The notes beneath the pieces are model-generated. The model was not told the origin of the DNA. It worked only from the letters and a program-made list of their open reading frames with translations, and ran no database searches. Source: a virus (Duplodnaviria; Heunggongvirae; Uroviricota; Caudoviricetes). From it: a stretch of 64,000 nt of DNA. The stretch is from IMG/VR virus record IMGVR_UViG_3300021387_000529, positions 64,001 to 128,000 of that record; one strand, given 5' to 3'. This document shows, piece after piece, positions 27,649 through 36,988 of this stretch (position 1 is its first letter; each line of letters begins with the position of its first letter). A program made the translations under genes and the position numbers.

Positions 27649-28288
27649 GAGTGTCACATATGACATAATGGACCATGGTCCTGCAATTGCACACCCAGTT
27701 ATCACAATTGACTTTGAGCCTGTTGAGTCTTATGACGGAGATCTTTTTGAAGACTTGAAGAAAAAGATTACTGAAGCCAAACTTGATGATGTTTATGCTG
27801 AAGCAATCAACTACAAACAGATTGTTTATTTCTTGTTTAAAGGCCGCATTTTCCAGAAAGAAAATATTCCAGTTTATCAAGACTTGTTTGATAAAATTTC
27901 ACGTGAAGCTGCGAACATGCAGAAGCCTCTTTTGGAGTCACATACAATCACTGTCAACCAGATGAAGCCACCATTTTTCATGTGGGAAGGTTTGCCACAA
28001 GACTTCACTGGGATAGAAAGCGCATACAATGACTTCAATGTTCCATATGCAATTCTTGACGGAAGTTCAGAATACTCACCAATTGCTCTTCAGCAGATTA
28101 TGAACCACCCTTATGGAACTGTTTTCATCGAATGGAACAGCAAAGCAAAAGAGCTTTACAAAGAAATTGAAGAGACTTTCCATGGTCTTAAGAGCTTCTT
28201 GATTGCAAGAGCTGGTTATGACTATAATGAAGCTAAGAAGTTTGCACTTGAAAATAAATGCTGCTTGTATATGAAAAATAATTATTAA
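27635..28288 (+). CDS. hypothetical protein
   Basis: AAGGAG SD; coupled to the previous gene. Confidence 0.7.
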   Translation: MLKIKSVTYDIMDHGPAIAHPVITIDFEPVESYDGDLFEDLKKKITEAKLDDVYAEAINYKQIVYFLFKGRIFQKENIPVYQDLFDKISREAANMQKPLLESHTITVNQMKPPFFMWEGLPQDFTGIESAYNDFNVPYAILDGSSEYSPIALQQIMNHPYGTVFIEWNSKAKELYKEIEETFHGLKSFLIARAGYDYNEAKKFALENKCCLYMKNNY

Positions 28289-28294
28289 AAAAAT

Positions 28295-28322
28295 AAAGGG
28301 ACGCTTAAGCGTCCCTTTTTTA
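28295..28322. terminator. bidirectional terminator
   Basis: AAAGGGACGC-TTAA-GCGTCCCTTT between convergent genes. Confidence 0.85.
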
Positions 28323-28336
28323 TGCTCTTTTATACG

Positions 28337-29281
28337 TTAGTTTGCATAAGAGTTTGGATCATTTGTCCATCTAAGTGAGAATACTTCACCTTGTGCAATA
28401 CCGTATGGATTGTCAATTGAGCAATTTTCTACTGTCATGTTCAAACCAACATTTGAAGGTCTAACTGAAACAGAGAATTCCCACTGTCTGTCAGCAGGCT
28501 GAGAAACTGCTGGGTCAGGAATAAATGTAATTACGCCTTCACCTGTAGACTCATCAATAGTCTTTGACTGCATTACAAAGTAATACTCACCAATGTTAGA
28601 AGCAACAAGAACAAGACGGCCTGGGTACATAGAATATTCATCAAATGTGAGGTCGAATGTCCAACCACGATAAGAGTCAATGTAGCGACCATTTCTGATT
28701 TCAGGATTGAACTCATATTTAGCATAGTAAGAAACTAATGTTGAGTATGGGTCGTAAACATCAATTGTTGACTGGAGTGACTTAGAAACAAGCTGACCAC
28801 CATTGTCAGGGTCACCTTTATACCAACCAACAAATCTCCAACCAAATGGCTCAAATGCTGTGAAGATTACGTCTGTTCCGTTCTGAACTTCACTATGAAC
28901 TGGAGTTGCATAAGCACCTGAGTCAATGGCTCCAGATGGAGTAATGAATGTGTTGAAACCAACATTGTGAACTGGAACTGAAACAGCAACCATGCCTTTT
29001 ACATATTTGATAGTTGTTGGCTCTTGTGAGTCTTGACCAAATACGCCAGGCATTGTGAGGATTTTTGCAGCTTCTTTGATTGAGTTTGCTACAACTGAAA
29101 CAGGATAGTCTCCCTCATCTGTTGAGAAATAACCTGTATACTGATTTAAAGTTCTAACTTCCTGGCCGCGTGGACGTCTACGTGCCATATCAATATCACG
29201 CATTGTTACGTCAACTTTTCCGTCACCGTTAACGTCCCAACCTGCAGGATTGTAAGAACCTGGAATGAATTGTGGTCCCAT
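28337..29281 (-). CDS. probable virion structural protein with an Ig/InlB-B-repeat-like domain
   Basis: AGGAG SD before ATG 29281; G..V.FTA....GW.F.GWY...AKY; WDVNGDGKVD calcium-loop-like motif. Confidence 0.6.
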   Translation of the reverse strand: MGPQFIPGSYNPAGWDVNGDGKVDVTMRDIDMARRRPRGQEVRTLNQYTGYFSTDEGDYPVSVVANSIKEAAKILTMPGVFGQDSQEPTTIKYVKGMVAVSVPVHNVGFNTFITPSGAIDSGAYATPVHSEVQNGTDVIFTAFEPFGWRFVGWYKGDPDNGGQLVSKSLQSTIDVYDPYSTLVSYYAKYEFNPEIRNGRYIDSYRGWTFDLTFDEYSMYPGRLVLVASNIGEYYFVMQSKTIDESTGEGVITFIPDPAVSQPADRQWEFSVSVRPSNVGLNMTVENCSIDNPYGIAQGEVFSLRWTNDPNSYAN

Positions 29282-29335
29282 ATTAAAATCTCCTATAGAT
29301 ATTAAAATAGTCGCTATATTCAAAAAGACAAAAGT

Positions 29336-29385
29336 TTATTGTAAAATTACCTTTTATTAGATTTCTTATTGTAAATTTACCTTTT
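29336..29385. promoter_or_regulatory. tandem palindromic operator-like sites
   Basis: TTATTGTAAAATTACCTTTT and TTATTGTAAATTTACCTTTT with a 30 bp period. Confidence 0.6.
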
Positions 29386-29416
29386 TTCGATGCCTACTAA
29401 ATAATTACTAAATATT

Positions 29417-29692
29417 ATGAAACAAAGGAGACTACGAAGTGAAATTATTGACCTGAATACTGGCCAAAAATATCACAATGAAACAGAAGCTGCTGATGCA
29501 ACTGGAGTTTCTCGCTATTTGATACACAAGAGCATTGAGAAACATAAGATTTGTAAAGGTGTTGCTTTTGCGGCATATTATTATGGAATTGACATTGAAT
29601 TCATGAAAAATATGTACAATGTTGATATTAGAAAGAAAAGAGACTTCGAAGCTGAAGTGAAAAATAGAAAGGAGAAAAAATTGAATGGCTGA
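29417..29692 (+). CDS. small NUMOD1-like HTH DNA-binding protein
   Basis: IIDLNTGQKY.N..EAA..TGVS...I. Confidence 0.6.
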   Translation: MKQRRLRSEIIDLNTGQKYHNETEAADATGVSRYLIHKSIEKHKICKGVAFAAYYYGIDIEFMKNMYNVDIRKKRDFEAEVKNRKEKKLNG

Positions 29693-30797
29693 TGAATACT
29701 CACCAATAGCGCTCAACCCAAATATGGTTGAAAAAATGAATGAAGCAAATACTACTCTTAATGAGGTTAAAAATGCACCTCCAGGATATGTAAATATTAA
29801 ATTATCAACACGTGGAAAAGTTGGAGCACCAGAAAGCTTTTGGATTCGTAACTTTATTCCTGAAGATTTAGCAGTTCTTGCAACTACACCTGAAAATGAC
29901 ATGCCAATCAAAGTTGTTGAAATTCTTGATAGCATGGTTTGGAATCCAGACCCAAATAACATAATTTCTGTTAAAAACTTCCATGAGAAAGAAGTTATTG
30001 AGACATTGCTCGATATTTATGAAATCTTCTATACTTCTGTTTTTCCTGACCAAACGTGGGTTCCAACTGAAGAAGATGTTGCATTCCTTGAAAAGCAGTA
30101 TGGTGGAAAAGACTCTGATGCTTTCCGTAAACAAATGAAAGCTCTTGAGAACGGAGATTGGAAGCCTAAATTTGACCTTGATATTTCAAAGCTTGACTAT
30201 TATGAAATTCCAGATGATTTCAAAACATCAGTTCGTGTTAAAAAACGCATCGCTGGTGAAGATGTCTCTATTAAATTTTCACTTCCAAAATATGGTGACT
30301 TCGTTACATTGAAATTTTTCATCGATGAAATGTACAAGAAAGAAGATAGCCGCTACAGACGTATCGGTGAAATTATCAAGTTCCGTGAAGATGCAAAAGA
30401 ACGCATTAGACAAGGTGAAAATGTAAACTTAGCAGGAATTCCAGATGTTCCACAAAATGAGTATGATGAATATAAGAAATATGAGCAGGAAAAAGTAATC
30501 TTCACAATGACTGCAACAAAAGCTCTCTATATTGAAGAGTTTCAAGGTGTTTCTTATGTTGGCAAATCTCTTGCTGAGAAGTTGGAAGTTGCCCGTGATC
30601 CTCGTATTACATATACATTATTCCAGCAAGCTCAGAAGTTGTTTGACACATTAAAATTCGGCTATAAAGAGGAAATTACTGTTTTCGACCCGATTATGCA
30701 AAAAGTCGTTACCAGAAACTATACATTTCAACTCTCTGATTTACTTCAAGCCATTTCAAATCCAAGAGATATTGAGGCTGATCTATCTTTTGAGTGA
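29685..30797 (+). CDS. baseplate hub / tail assembly chaperone-like protein
   Basis: IKLSTRGK near the N-terminus, F.LPK..D, and a short downstream partner ORF, as in T4 gp26/gp51-type pairs. Confidence 0.5.
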   Translation: MADEYSPIALNPNMVEKMNEANTTLNEVKNAPPGYVNIKLSTRGKVGAPESFWIRNFIPEDLAVLATTPENDMPIKVVEILDSMVWNPDPNNIISVKNFHEKEVIETLLDIYEIFYTSVFPDQTWVPTEEDVAFLEKQYGGKDSDAFRKQMKALENGDWKPKFDLDISKLDYYEIPDDFKTSVRVKKRIAGEDVSIKFSLPKYGDFVTLKFFIDEMYKKEDSRYRRIGEIIKFREDAKERIRQGENVNLAGIPDVPQNEYDEYKKYEQEKVIFTMTATKALYIEEFQGVSYVGKSLAEKLEVARDPRITYTLFQQAQKLFDTLKFGYKEEITVFDPIMQKVVTRNYTFQLSDLLQAISNPRDIEADLSFE

Positions 30798-31029
30798 GGA
30801 TACGGGCTTCACATTTGATGAGCTTTTTCACATGAGAATGGACTACTTGATGATGTTGAAAGATGTCAAAGACCAAATCATTGAAGAGCGCAACAAAGCT
30901 CAAGAAGAAGCTGAAGCTAAACAGTCTGGAGCAGGAACTAAACTTTCAAGTAATTCATTCAGTGCTTCATCGATTAAGTCTTTGGCTTCTAAGTATGGCG
31001 TTTCGATGCCTTCAGGTTTACATCTATAA
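30772..31029 (+). CDS. short partner ORF (gp51-like); start uncertain
   Basis: F.F.EL..M...YL......IEERN; overlaps the previous gene in the +1 frame. Confidence 0.5.
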   Translation: MRLIYLLSEDTGFTFDELFHMRMDYLMMLKDVKDQIIEERNKAQEEAEAKQSGAGTKLSSNSFSASSIKSLASKYGVSMPSGLHL

Positions 31030-31054
31030 AAATTATTAAAAGGTTCAATTATTT

Positions 31055-31083
31055 TTGAACCTTTTTTTATTTTCTCATATATT
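31055..31083 (+). promoter_or_regulatory. Class I promoter, with -35 inside a terminator-like hairpin
   Basis: TTGAAC-N17-TATATT; AAAAGGTTCAA/TTGAACCTTTT inverted repeat. Confidence 0.8.
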
Positions 31084-31121
31084 ATGTACGTAAATCGACA
31101 ATAAAAACAGGAGATACACAG

Positions 31122-32171
31122 ATGATAAACCAGGTAGAACAATCACAGGTTGAAAACAATGTTGGAAAATCACAGAGCTTCTCAATTGCTCAGAACATGA
31201 ACATTCTCGACATTCTTTCAAACAAGATGTATGAGCAGCCGATTGAAGCTATTGTTCGAGAGGTTTACAGTAACGCAATTGATGCGAACATCGAAGGTAA
31301 AACTTCTGGCAAAATTGATGTTGTCCTTCCGACTGAACAAAATCCTGTCTTCAGGGTAACAGACCATGGAATTGGTATGACTGATGAAAAAGTCAGAAAG
31401 GTTTACTGTGAGTATGGTAACTCAACTAAAGGTGACGACAACTCACAGATTGGTGGTTTTGGAATTGGTTGTAAAACACCTTTCGCTTACACTGACCAGT
31501 TCACTGTAACAACTTCTAAGAATGGAAAGAAAAACTCATATGTTGCCTTCAAAGGTGACACTGGCTATGAGCTCGTTCCTGCTTCAAGTTCAGACTGCAA
31601 TGAAAGCGGAACTACAGTTGAAGTTCCAGTAAAACCTGAAGACATGGAAGACTTTATCGTAGCTGCTGTTAAAGTTTTCTTCTTCGCAAAAGAATTCCCG
31701 AATATGGATGAAGTTTCACTTGAAGCTTTTAAGTCATGGGTTCAAAGATGCCTTTTCCTTGAAAATAAAGATGAAGCAATGAAAGTCTATATGATTGAGC
31801 GTGTCAGAATACAGAATGGCTCATCATATTTCAAGAAGCTTCAGTTTGGAAACAATCTTCTTGCTGAAATTGGTGGTGTTGCATACGGTATTGACAGCAA
31901 TGTTCTGAAAAATAACTTCTTCTCAGGAACAATTGTAATGCACATTCCTGTTGGTGAGGTTTCAGTTCAGGCATCTCGTGAAAAACTGAACTACAACAAA
32001 GACACAATTGCAAAGCTGAAGAAATACTTCTTGGAGTCACTCAGAAAGTTTGAAAAAGAGGTTGATGACATTCTTGAAGACAAGTCACTCAACTACATTG
32101 AAAAACACAACTTCTGCAGACTCATCAATATTGGGCATTATGAAGATGCTGTAGACTTCTGCTGCAGATAA
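31122..32171 (+). CDS. rIIA-like GHKL ATPase (short)
   Basis: ILS.KMY....AIVRE..SNAIDA, DHGIG, YG.STK, IGGFGIGCK.PFAY, GT.V, SREKL.Y. Confidence 0.8.
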   Translation: MINQVEQSQVENNVGKSQSFSIAQNMNILDILSNKMYEQPIEAIVREVYSNAIDANIEGKTSGKIDVVLPTEQNPVFRVTDHGIGMTDEKVRKVYCEYGNSTKGDDNSQIGGFGIGCKTPFAYTDQFTVTTSKNGKKNSYVAFKGDTGYELVPASSSDCNESGTTVEVPVKPEDMEDFIVAAVKVFFFAKEFPNMDEVSLEAFKSWVQRCLFLENKDEAMKVYMIERVRIQNGSSYFKKLQFGNNLLAEIGGVAYGIDSNVLKNNFFSGTIVMHIPVGEVSVQASREKLNYNKDTIAKLKKYFLESLRKFEKEVDDILEDKSLNYIEKHNFCRLINIGHYEDAVDFCCR

Positions 32172-32210
32172 CGAAATAAAAGCTGGTTGCCATATGTTAA
32201 TCTATTTTAT

Positions 32211-32420
32211 ATGGCAAACCAGATTTTAATAAAAACAAACGAGAAGGGCGAAAAAGAAATAAACATTAAACTTGAAAAAACAATTGATGCTTTCGACTTT
32301 CGCCGCGTGCTTGAATTGGTTCGAAACTCATGTGTAAACTTTGAAGCAGGAACTTATACTTTTAGCTATAATTTAAAAAACAGTGATTTAAATATTGACT
32401 CTTACACAGGAGCATATTGA
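32211..32420 (+). CDS. hypothetical protein
   Basis: Short ORF coupled to the next gene. Confidence 0.5.
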   Translation: MANQILIKTNEKGEKEINIKLEKTIDAFDFRRVLELVRNSCVNFEAGTYTFSYNLKNSDLNIDSYTGAY

Positions 32421-32803
32421 TGGCTGACACAAAAACTAATGATGAGCGTACAAAGACAATCACCATTCTTGGTGAAGAGTGGCTCATTATTTACAAAAAA
32501 GATGACCCTGCATTTGAGCATGCATTAGGTTATACAGTTGATGTTGACAGGACAATTATTGTTCAAGACATTGATGAAAACTTTGATGAAACAAATGCTG
32601 AGTTTAATGTTGTTCAGCAACATGCCAACCTCAAACGTGTTTTGAGGCATGAGATTGTACATGCATTTTTGATGGAAAGCGGTCTTGATGAAGACTCACA
32701 CACTTATGAGAATGGTTGGGCCACAAATGAAGAGATGGTTGACTGGTTTGCGCGTCAAGCACCAAAAATCTATAAAGTTTACAAAGAACTTAAAATCATA
32801 TAA
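32417..32803 (+). CDS. phage HExxH metallopeptidase-like protein
   Basis: VLRHEIVHAFL.ESGL...NEEMVDWFA. Confidence 0.7.
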   Translation: MMADTKTNDERTKTITILGEEWLIIYKKDDPAFEHALGYTVDVDRTIIVQDIDENFDETNAEFNVVQQHANLKRVLRHEIVHAFLMESGLDEDSHTYENGWATNEEMVDWFARQAPKIYKVYKELKII

Positions 32804-32819
32804 TCTTGGGGGTTGTGTT

Positions 32820-33290
32820 ATGCAGAGCAATGAAGAACTTCTCAACATTGAGTTTGAGAAATATTGGAATGTCGTAAAAAATGAAATTCCAACCAACAGC
32901 ATTAAAGAAATCGCAAAAATGTTTTTCATGCAGGGGCATGTTTGTAATGTTCCAGCTAGCAAAGAACTTTCAAAGAAAGAGTTCGAAGATTTCTGTTTCA
33001 TGTCATTTGTTAAGGATTGTATTGAGCATCCTGAAGATATGGTAAACCAAACTGAGCAAACCGACTTTGTTGAAGTTACAGCGCCTTGTGGCGAGAAAGA
33101 AAAATGTGTTGCTTTCCCAGACCGCTGTGAAGATGCTGGCTGTGAAGCTCCAGGCGTATGCCGTCGTTACATCAATATCTCTAAACTTTGTGGAGTTGAG
33201 GATGCAGTTGTAGTAAATCGAAAAGACATTCTTTCTAAAAAAGAAATTGATGCACTTGCTGAAGCGCTTGCAAAAGCTCGAGGTGAATAA
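32820..33290 (+). CDS. hypothetical protein
   Basis: ORF in a run; Cys-rich C-terminal half. Confidence 0.6.
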   Translation: MQSNEELLNIEFEKYWNVVKNEIPTNSIKEIAKMFFMQGHVCNVPASKELSKKEFEDFCFMSFVKDCIEHPEDMVNQTEQTDFVEVTAPCGEKEKCVAFPDRCEDAGCEAPGVCRRYINISKLCGVEDAVVVNRKDILSKKEIDALAEALAKARGE

Positions 33291-33291
33291 A

Positions 33292-34062
33292 ATGAAATTT
33301 GATAACCAGATAATTTATGGCGCTATTCTTGGTGATATTGCCGGCTCAACTTTGGAAAATAAGTTTCCAGACAAAACTGAGCCTTTCCGTGAAATGGTTA
33401 AAAAAGGACATTTTACAGATGACACAGTTTTGACAATTGCTGTCCTTGATGCCCTCAAACATAAAAGAAAAATGGATGAAGCTTTCAAAGATTGGGGCTC
33501 ACGCTATTTTAATGCTGGTTTTTCAACAAACTTCAAAGAAAACATAATCTATCCAGAAGTTCCAAAGACTGGTGAATGCCATAGCAATTCAAATGGCGCT
33601 TTGATGATGCTTTCGCCTTTTATTGCAGCTCATAAAAATGACAATGACTACAGGCAGCTTATTGACCGAATGCATGAAGCAGTTAAAGTTACACATAACT
33701 GCACTGAATGTAATGAACTTGCATATGAGCTTATTCAACTCGCACGAGGTCAAGCTTATGGTTTTGCTTATGCATGCAGTATGCGGTATGCTAGTATTGG
33801 AGTTTATGAAGAAATGCTCAAAACACGAAAGTTTGACATTTCAGCATATGGAACTATGCGCGAAGCAATTATCATAAGGTTTATTTCAAAAAGTTTTGGT
33901 GAAGCAATTGAAAAATCTCTCATTCTTGGCGGTGACACTGACACTCGAACTTGTTTGGTTGGCATGTTGGCGGCTGGAGCATGGGGAATTGATGAAGAAG
34001 ATATTGAGCTCGTTCGTGATAAAATTCCTGGAGAAATGTTAAAAATTATTGAACTTCCTTAA
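33292..34062 (+). CDS. ADP-ribosylglycohydrolase (DraG/ARH family)
   Basis: GAILGDIAGS, FTDDT, SNGALM, TH, GGDTDT. Confidence 0.88.
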   Translation: MKFDNQIIYGAILGDIAGSTLENKFPDKTEPFREMVKKGHFTDDTVLTIAVLDALKHKRKMDEAFKDWGSRYFNAGFSTNFKENIIYPEVPKTGECHSNSNGALMMLSPFIAAHKNDNDYRQLIDRMHEAVKVTHNCTECNELAYELIQLARGQAYGFAYACSMRYASIGVYEEMLKTRKFDISAYGTMREAIIIRFISKSFGEAIEKSLILGGDTDTRTCLVGMLAAGAWGIDEEDIELVRDKIPGEMLKIIELP

Positions 34063-34077
34063 AACTTTTCATATATT
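34049..34077 (+). promoter_or_regulatory. Class I promoter
   Basis: TTGAAC-N17-TATATT overlapping the end of the ARH gene. Confidence 0.8.
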
Positions 34078-34097
34078 ATTTCCGTAAAGAGGTGAAT

Positions 34098-34919
34098 ATG
34101 AACTTGATTGAACTTTCAAAAGCACATAACTGGGGTCTTCCAACTGTTTGTCCAAAATGTGGTGGAGCTCTGGTTCTTTCAGAAAATCATAAACAGCTTT
34201 ATTGTGGAAACACAAACTGCAAATCTTACATCAGTGGTCGTTTGACGAAGTTTACCAACACTCTTGAAATCAAAGAGTTTGGAACAGCCACTGTTGAAAA
34301 AATCGCTGAAAAATTTGATAGTGTCAGCTGCATTTACAAAGATGATGTTTATGACTACCTCAAAACTCTTGATGGTTATGGTGAGCGCTCAATCGCTAAA
34401 ATGCGAAAAGAAGTTGCTGCTCACAATGAAATGACTCTTGCAAAGTTTATCGCAGCTTTCAATATTGAAGACATTGGTGAAAAAGTTGCTCAGAAAATTA
34501 TCGACAATGTTGCAGCCACAAGTCTTGAAGACCTGACTATTGCTGATGCTTCAAAATACATTGGTGATGGTGTAAAAGAAAAAACTGCTCAAAAACTTCG
34601 TGATGGCCTTGATGCTCTCAAAGATGACATGAAAGAAGTTTTGAAGTATGTCAAAATTGTTGGTGTTGAAGAACCAGTTCAGGGTAATCTCGGTGGTAAG
34701 TCATTCTGTTTCACTGGAGCTGCTTCTCGCCCACGTAAAGAACTTCAGCAGATGGTAAAAGATAATGGTGGTATTGTATTCGATTCTTGTAAAAAAGGTC
34801 TTGACTACCTCGTTCTTGCTGACCCGAACTCAACTTCTACGAAAGCTGTAAAAGCTCGCAAAGATGGCGTAAATCTCATCAGTGAAGAAGACTTCGTAAA
34901 AATGTGTGGAGGAAACTAA
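34098..34919 (+). CDS. ligA: NAD-dependent DNA ligase, C-terminal half only (Zn finger, HhH, BRCT)
   Basis: PTVCPKCG...LYC.N..C, HhH repeats (GYGERS, I.DIGEK.A), BRCT GKSFCFTG...K..KA...GV..ISE; no adenylation KxDG domain. Confidence 0.85.
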   Translation: MNLIELSKAHNWGLPTVCPKCGGALVLSENHKQLYCGNTNCKSYISGRLTKFTNTLEIKEFGTATVEKIAEKFDSVSCIYKDDVYDYLKTLDGYGERSIAKMRKEVAAHNEMTLAKFIAAFNIEDIGEKVAQKIIDNVAATSLEDLTIADASKYIGDGVKEKTAQKLRDGLDALKDDMKEVLKYVKIVGVEEPVQGNLGGKSFCFTGAASRPRKELQQMVKDNGGIVFDSCKKGLDYLVLADPNSTSTKAVKARKDGVNLISEEDFVKMCGGN

Positions 34920-34922
34920 AAG

Positions 34923-35144
34923 ATGACACGAAACAATACAAATTTTCCAATTCGACCTTTGCGGAATAATTATGGTATTTCTGCAATTGTTGCTCCGGTC
35001 ATCTATCTTGTTATATGTGCATTGAGTTCTGGAACACCAAATGATAAGTTTTCTACTTTCATCATGACGACTGGAGTTGTTGAGCTCTTCTTTTGGTTCA
35101 TGTTTAATTTCTTTGGTGACTGGAGTAAGAAAAATGGACATTGA
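34923..35144 (+). CDS. small membrane protein
   Basis: GGAGG SD; two hydrophobic segments. Confidence 0.55.
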   Translation: MTRNNTNFPIRPLRNNYGISAIVAPVIYLVICALSSGTPNDKFSTFIMTTGVVELFFWFMFNFFGDWSKKNGH

Positions 35145-35469
35145 TTGGGGAGATATTCTAAACGAAAAAGAAGAGCATGAAAAGCTTCTTGCAGATTGCG
35201 AAAAAGCTGTTAGAAATGAGCCTGAACTTGAACACGATATGGTTGTGCGAAAGACTTGGGCAGAATATGCAAAAGACATCAACAGAATGCGTGCTCAACT
35301 TCGTTACATGAAAAAGTCTGTTGGCTACCGTGGTGGTTGTTATTCACCATATGAAAATCAAAGAGACATCATTGACTGCGAAAAAGAAATCAAACGGCTG
35401 TGCAAACTTCGAGACACTGCTAAAGCGATGGAAAAAGCATCTGGCAATAAAATGGGAGAGATGAAATAA
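35134..35469 (+). CDS. hypothetical protein
   Basis: GGAG SD before ATG 35134. Confidence 0.6.
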   Translation: MDIDWGDILNEKEEHEKLLADCEKAVRNEPELEHDMVVRKTWAEYAKDINRMRAQLRYMKKSVGYRGGCYSPYENQRDIIDCEKEIKRLCKLRDTAKAMEKASGNKMGEMK

Positions 35470-35636
35470 TGAAATTTCCATTCAAAATCAGCACAAAGAA
35501 AAAGGAAGATTGCAGTAAGCTTTTACTCTCAACGTTCAGCTTTATCGCAAATTCTTCTAGTGACGGTAAGCCACAAGAAGTTTCATTAGACATTGATGGA
35601 ATGCCAAAAACTTTTACTGTAAGAATAGTAAAATAA
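35469..35636 (+). CDS. hypothetical protein (55 aa, not in the ORF track)
   Basis: TAATG coupling; MKFPFKIS...VRIVK*. Confidence 0.45.
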   Translation: MKFPFKISTKKKEDCSKLLLSTFSFIANSSSDGKPQEVSLDIDGMPKTFTVRIVK

Positions 35637-35640
35637 AAAA

Positions 35641-35661
35641 ATGGGAGCTTCAAGCTCCCAT
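35641..35661. terminator. bidirectional terminator
   Basis: ATGGGAGC-TTCAA-GCTCCCAT, same stem as 25132. Confidence 0.75.
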
Positions 35662-35668
35662 AACTTTT

Positions 35669-35959
35669 TTACCATCTTTTTGTTTTTTGCAATAGGACAA
35701 AGAAATAGTCTAAACCATCTTCTTCTTCCACAGGTTTGAATGTTCCTAAAAGCCGCGATTCAGCAGTTTCTTTAAGCTGTCTTACAAGCTCATCAGAATA
35801 CTTAATTTTCCTGTCTTCAGAATAATTGCTTGCAACATCCTTTGCAACTTTCAAGAGAACTTCTTCATTTTTAAGGTCTTTACGAGCAGCAACAATCACA
35901 ACAGCAATGTTACCAACTTCATTAAAGAATTTGAATTTAAATAAATTAAACTCATTCAT
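35669..35959 (-). CDS. hypothetical protein
   Basis: AAGGAG SD. Confidence 0.65.
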   Translation of the reverse strand: MNEFNLFKFKFFNEVGNIAVVIVAARKDLKNEEVLLKVAKDVASNYSEDRKIKYSDELVRQLKETAESRLLGTFKPVEEEDGLDYFFVLLQKTKRW

Positions 35960-36010
35960 AGGCTGTTCTCCTTATCTATAAAAATAGATTAACACAATCA
36001 ATATATTAGT

Positions 36011-36037
36011 AAAAAAGGGGACCAAACGGTCCCCTTT
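36011..36037 (-). terminator. terminator of the flagellin gene
   Basis: AAAGGGGACC-GTTT-GGTCCCCTTTTTT on the minus strand. Confidence 0.8.
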
Positions 36038-36089
36038 GACAATTTTTAATTTAAGCTATCTGATAGAAACCCACCCTCGAAACTATCAG

Positions 36090-36941
36090 CTACCGAAGTA
36101 AGGCCAAAACATTCTGTGACTGTGAGTTTGCATTTGCAAGCATTGCAGTTGCAGACTGCTGCAAAATCTGGTTTTTAGTGTATTCAACCATTGATTTTGC
36201 CATATCTTCATCACGAATGATAGACTCAGAAGATGTAATATTTTCGGCTGCGACATCAATTCCTTTCTTAGCTGTTTCCATTCTGTTTTGTACAGCACCT
36301 AAATCAGCACGTTGTTTGTTTACAGCTTTCAATGCTTCATCAATTGTTGCAATTGTTGAATTAGCTTCGTCTGCAGACGCAATTGAAATTGTGTTTCCTT
36401 CTTCGCCCTGAATACCAGTTAAACCAAGAGCTGAAGCAGTTGCTGATGCTACATTGATTGAAATATTCTGGTCAACATTTGCACCAATCTGGAAACTCAT
36501 TGCAATACCACCTTCTTTTGCAAAGCGGCCTGTAAGCATGTTCATACCATTGAATTGAGCTGAAGAAGCAATACGGTCAACTTCTGAAACAAGCTGTGAT
36601 ACTTCTACTTGAATCTGCATTCTGTCTTCATCTGTATACAAACCATTTGCTGACTGAACAGCAAGCTCACGAATACGCTGAAGAATATCACCAGTTTCTG
36701 CAAGATAACCTTCTGTTGTCTGAATAAATGAAACACCATTTTGCACATTTCTTGAAGCCTGATTAAGACCACGAATTTGTGAACGCATCTTTTCCGAAAT
36801 GGCAAGACCCGCAGCATCATCACCAGCTTTATTGATTTTCTGTCCTGATGAAAGTTTTTCCATTGATGACTGAAGAGCATTTGTGTTCAAGTTTTCCATT
36901 CTTGAAGCGAAAATGCTGCTCATATTATGATTGATAATCAT
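36090..36941 (-). CDS. flaB: flagellin, spirochaete FlaB type
   Basis: [86 protein letters not shown]; 283 aa. Confidence 0.95.
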   Translation of the reverse strand: MIINHNMSSIFASRMENLNTNALQSSMEKLSSGQKINKAGDDAAGLAISEKMRSQIRGLNQASRNVQNGVSFIQTTEGYLAETGDILQRIRELAVQSANGLYTDEDRMQIQVEVSQLVSEVDRIASSAQFNGMNMLTGRFAKEGGIAMSFQIGANVDQNISINVASATASALGLTGIQGEEGNTISIASADEANSTIATIDEALKAVNKQRADLGAVQNRMETAKKGIDVAAENITSSESIIRDEDMAKSMVEYTKNQILQQSATAMLANANSQSQNVLALLR

Positions 36942-36943
36942 TA

Positions 36944-36980
36944 AATCCTTCCTTGGAATTTTTCTGACTTTCCATTGTCT
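36944..36980 (-). promoter_or_regulatory. two CsrA-type GGA sites in the flaB leader
   Basis: Leader reads GAC-AATGGAAA-GTC (GGA in a small hairpin loop), then CAAGGAAGGA over the SD. Confidence 0.6.
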
Positions 36981-36988
36981 ATATTATA

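Noticed and set aside
25132-35661. Identical ATGGGAGC/GCTCCCAT stems as a mobile repeat
   Set aside because: Both sit between convergent genes and are adequately explained as terminators.
36090-36941. The window is a bacterial chromosome because it has flagellin, an MFS transporter, nadD and clpP
   Set aside because: These genes are isolated among phage head, baseplate-like, rIIA and HNH genes with phage-style promoters, and no housekeeping operons are present.
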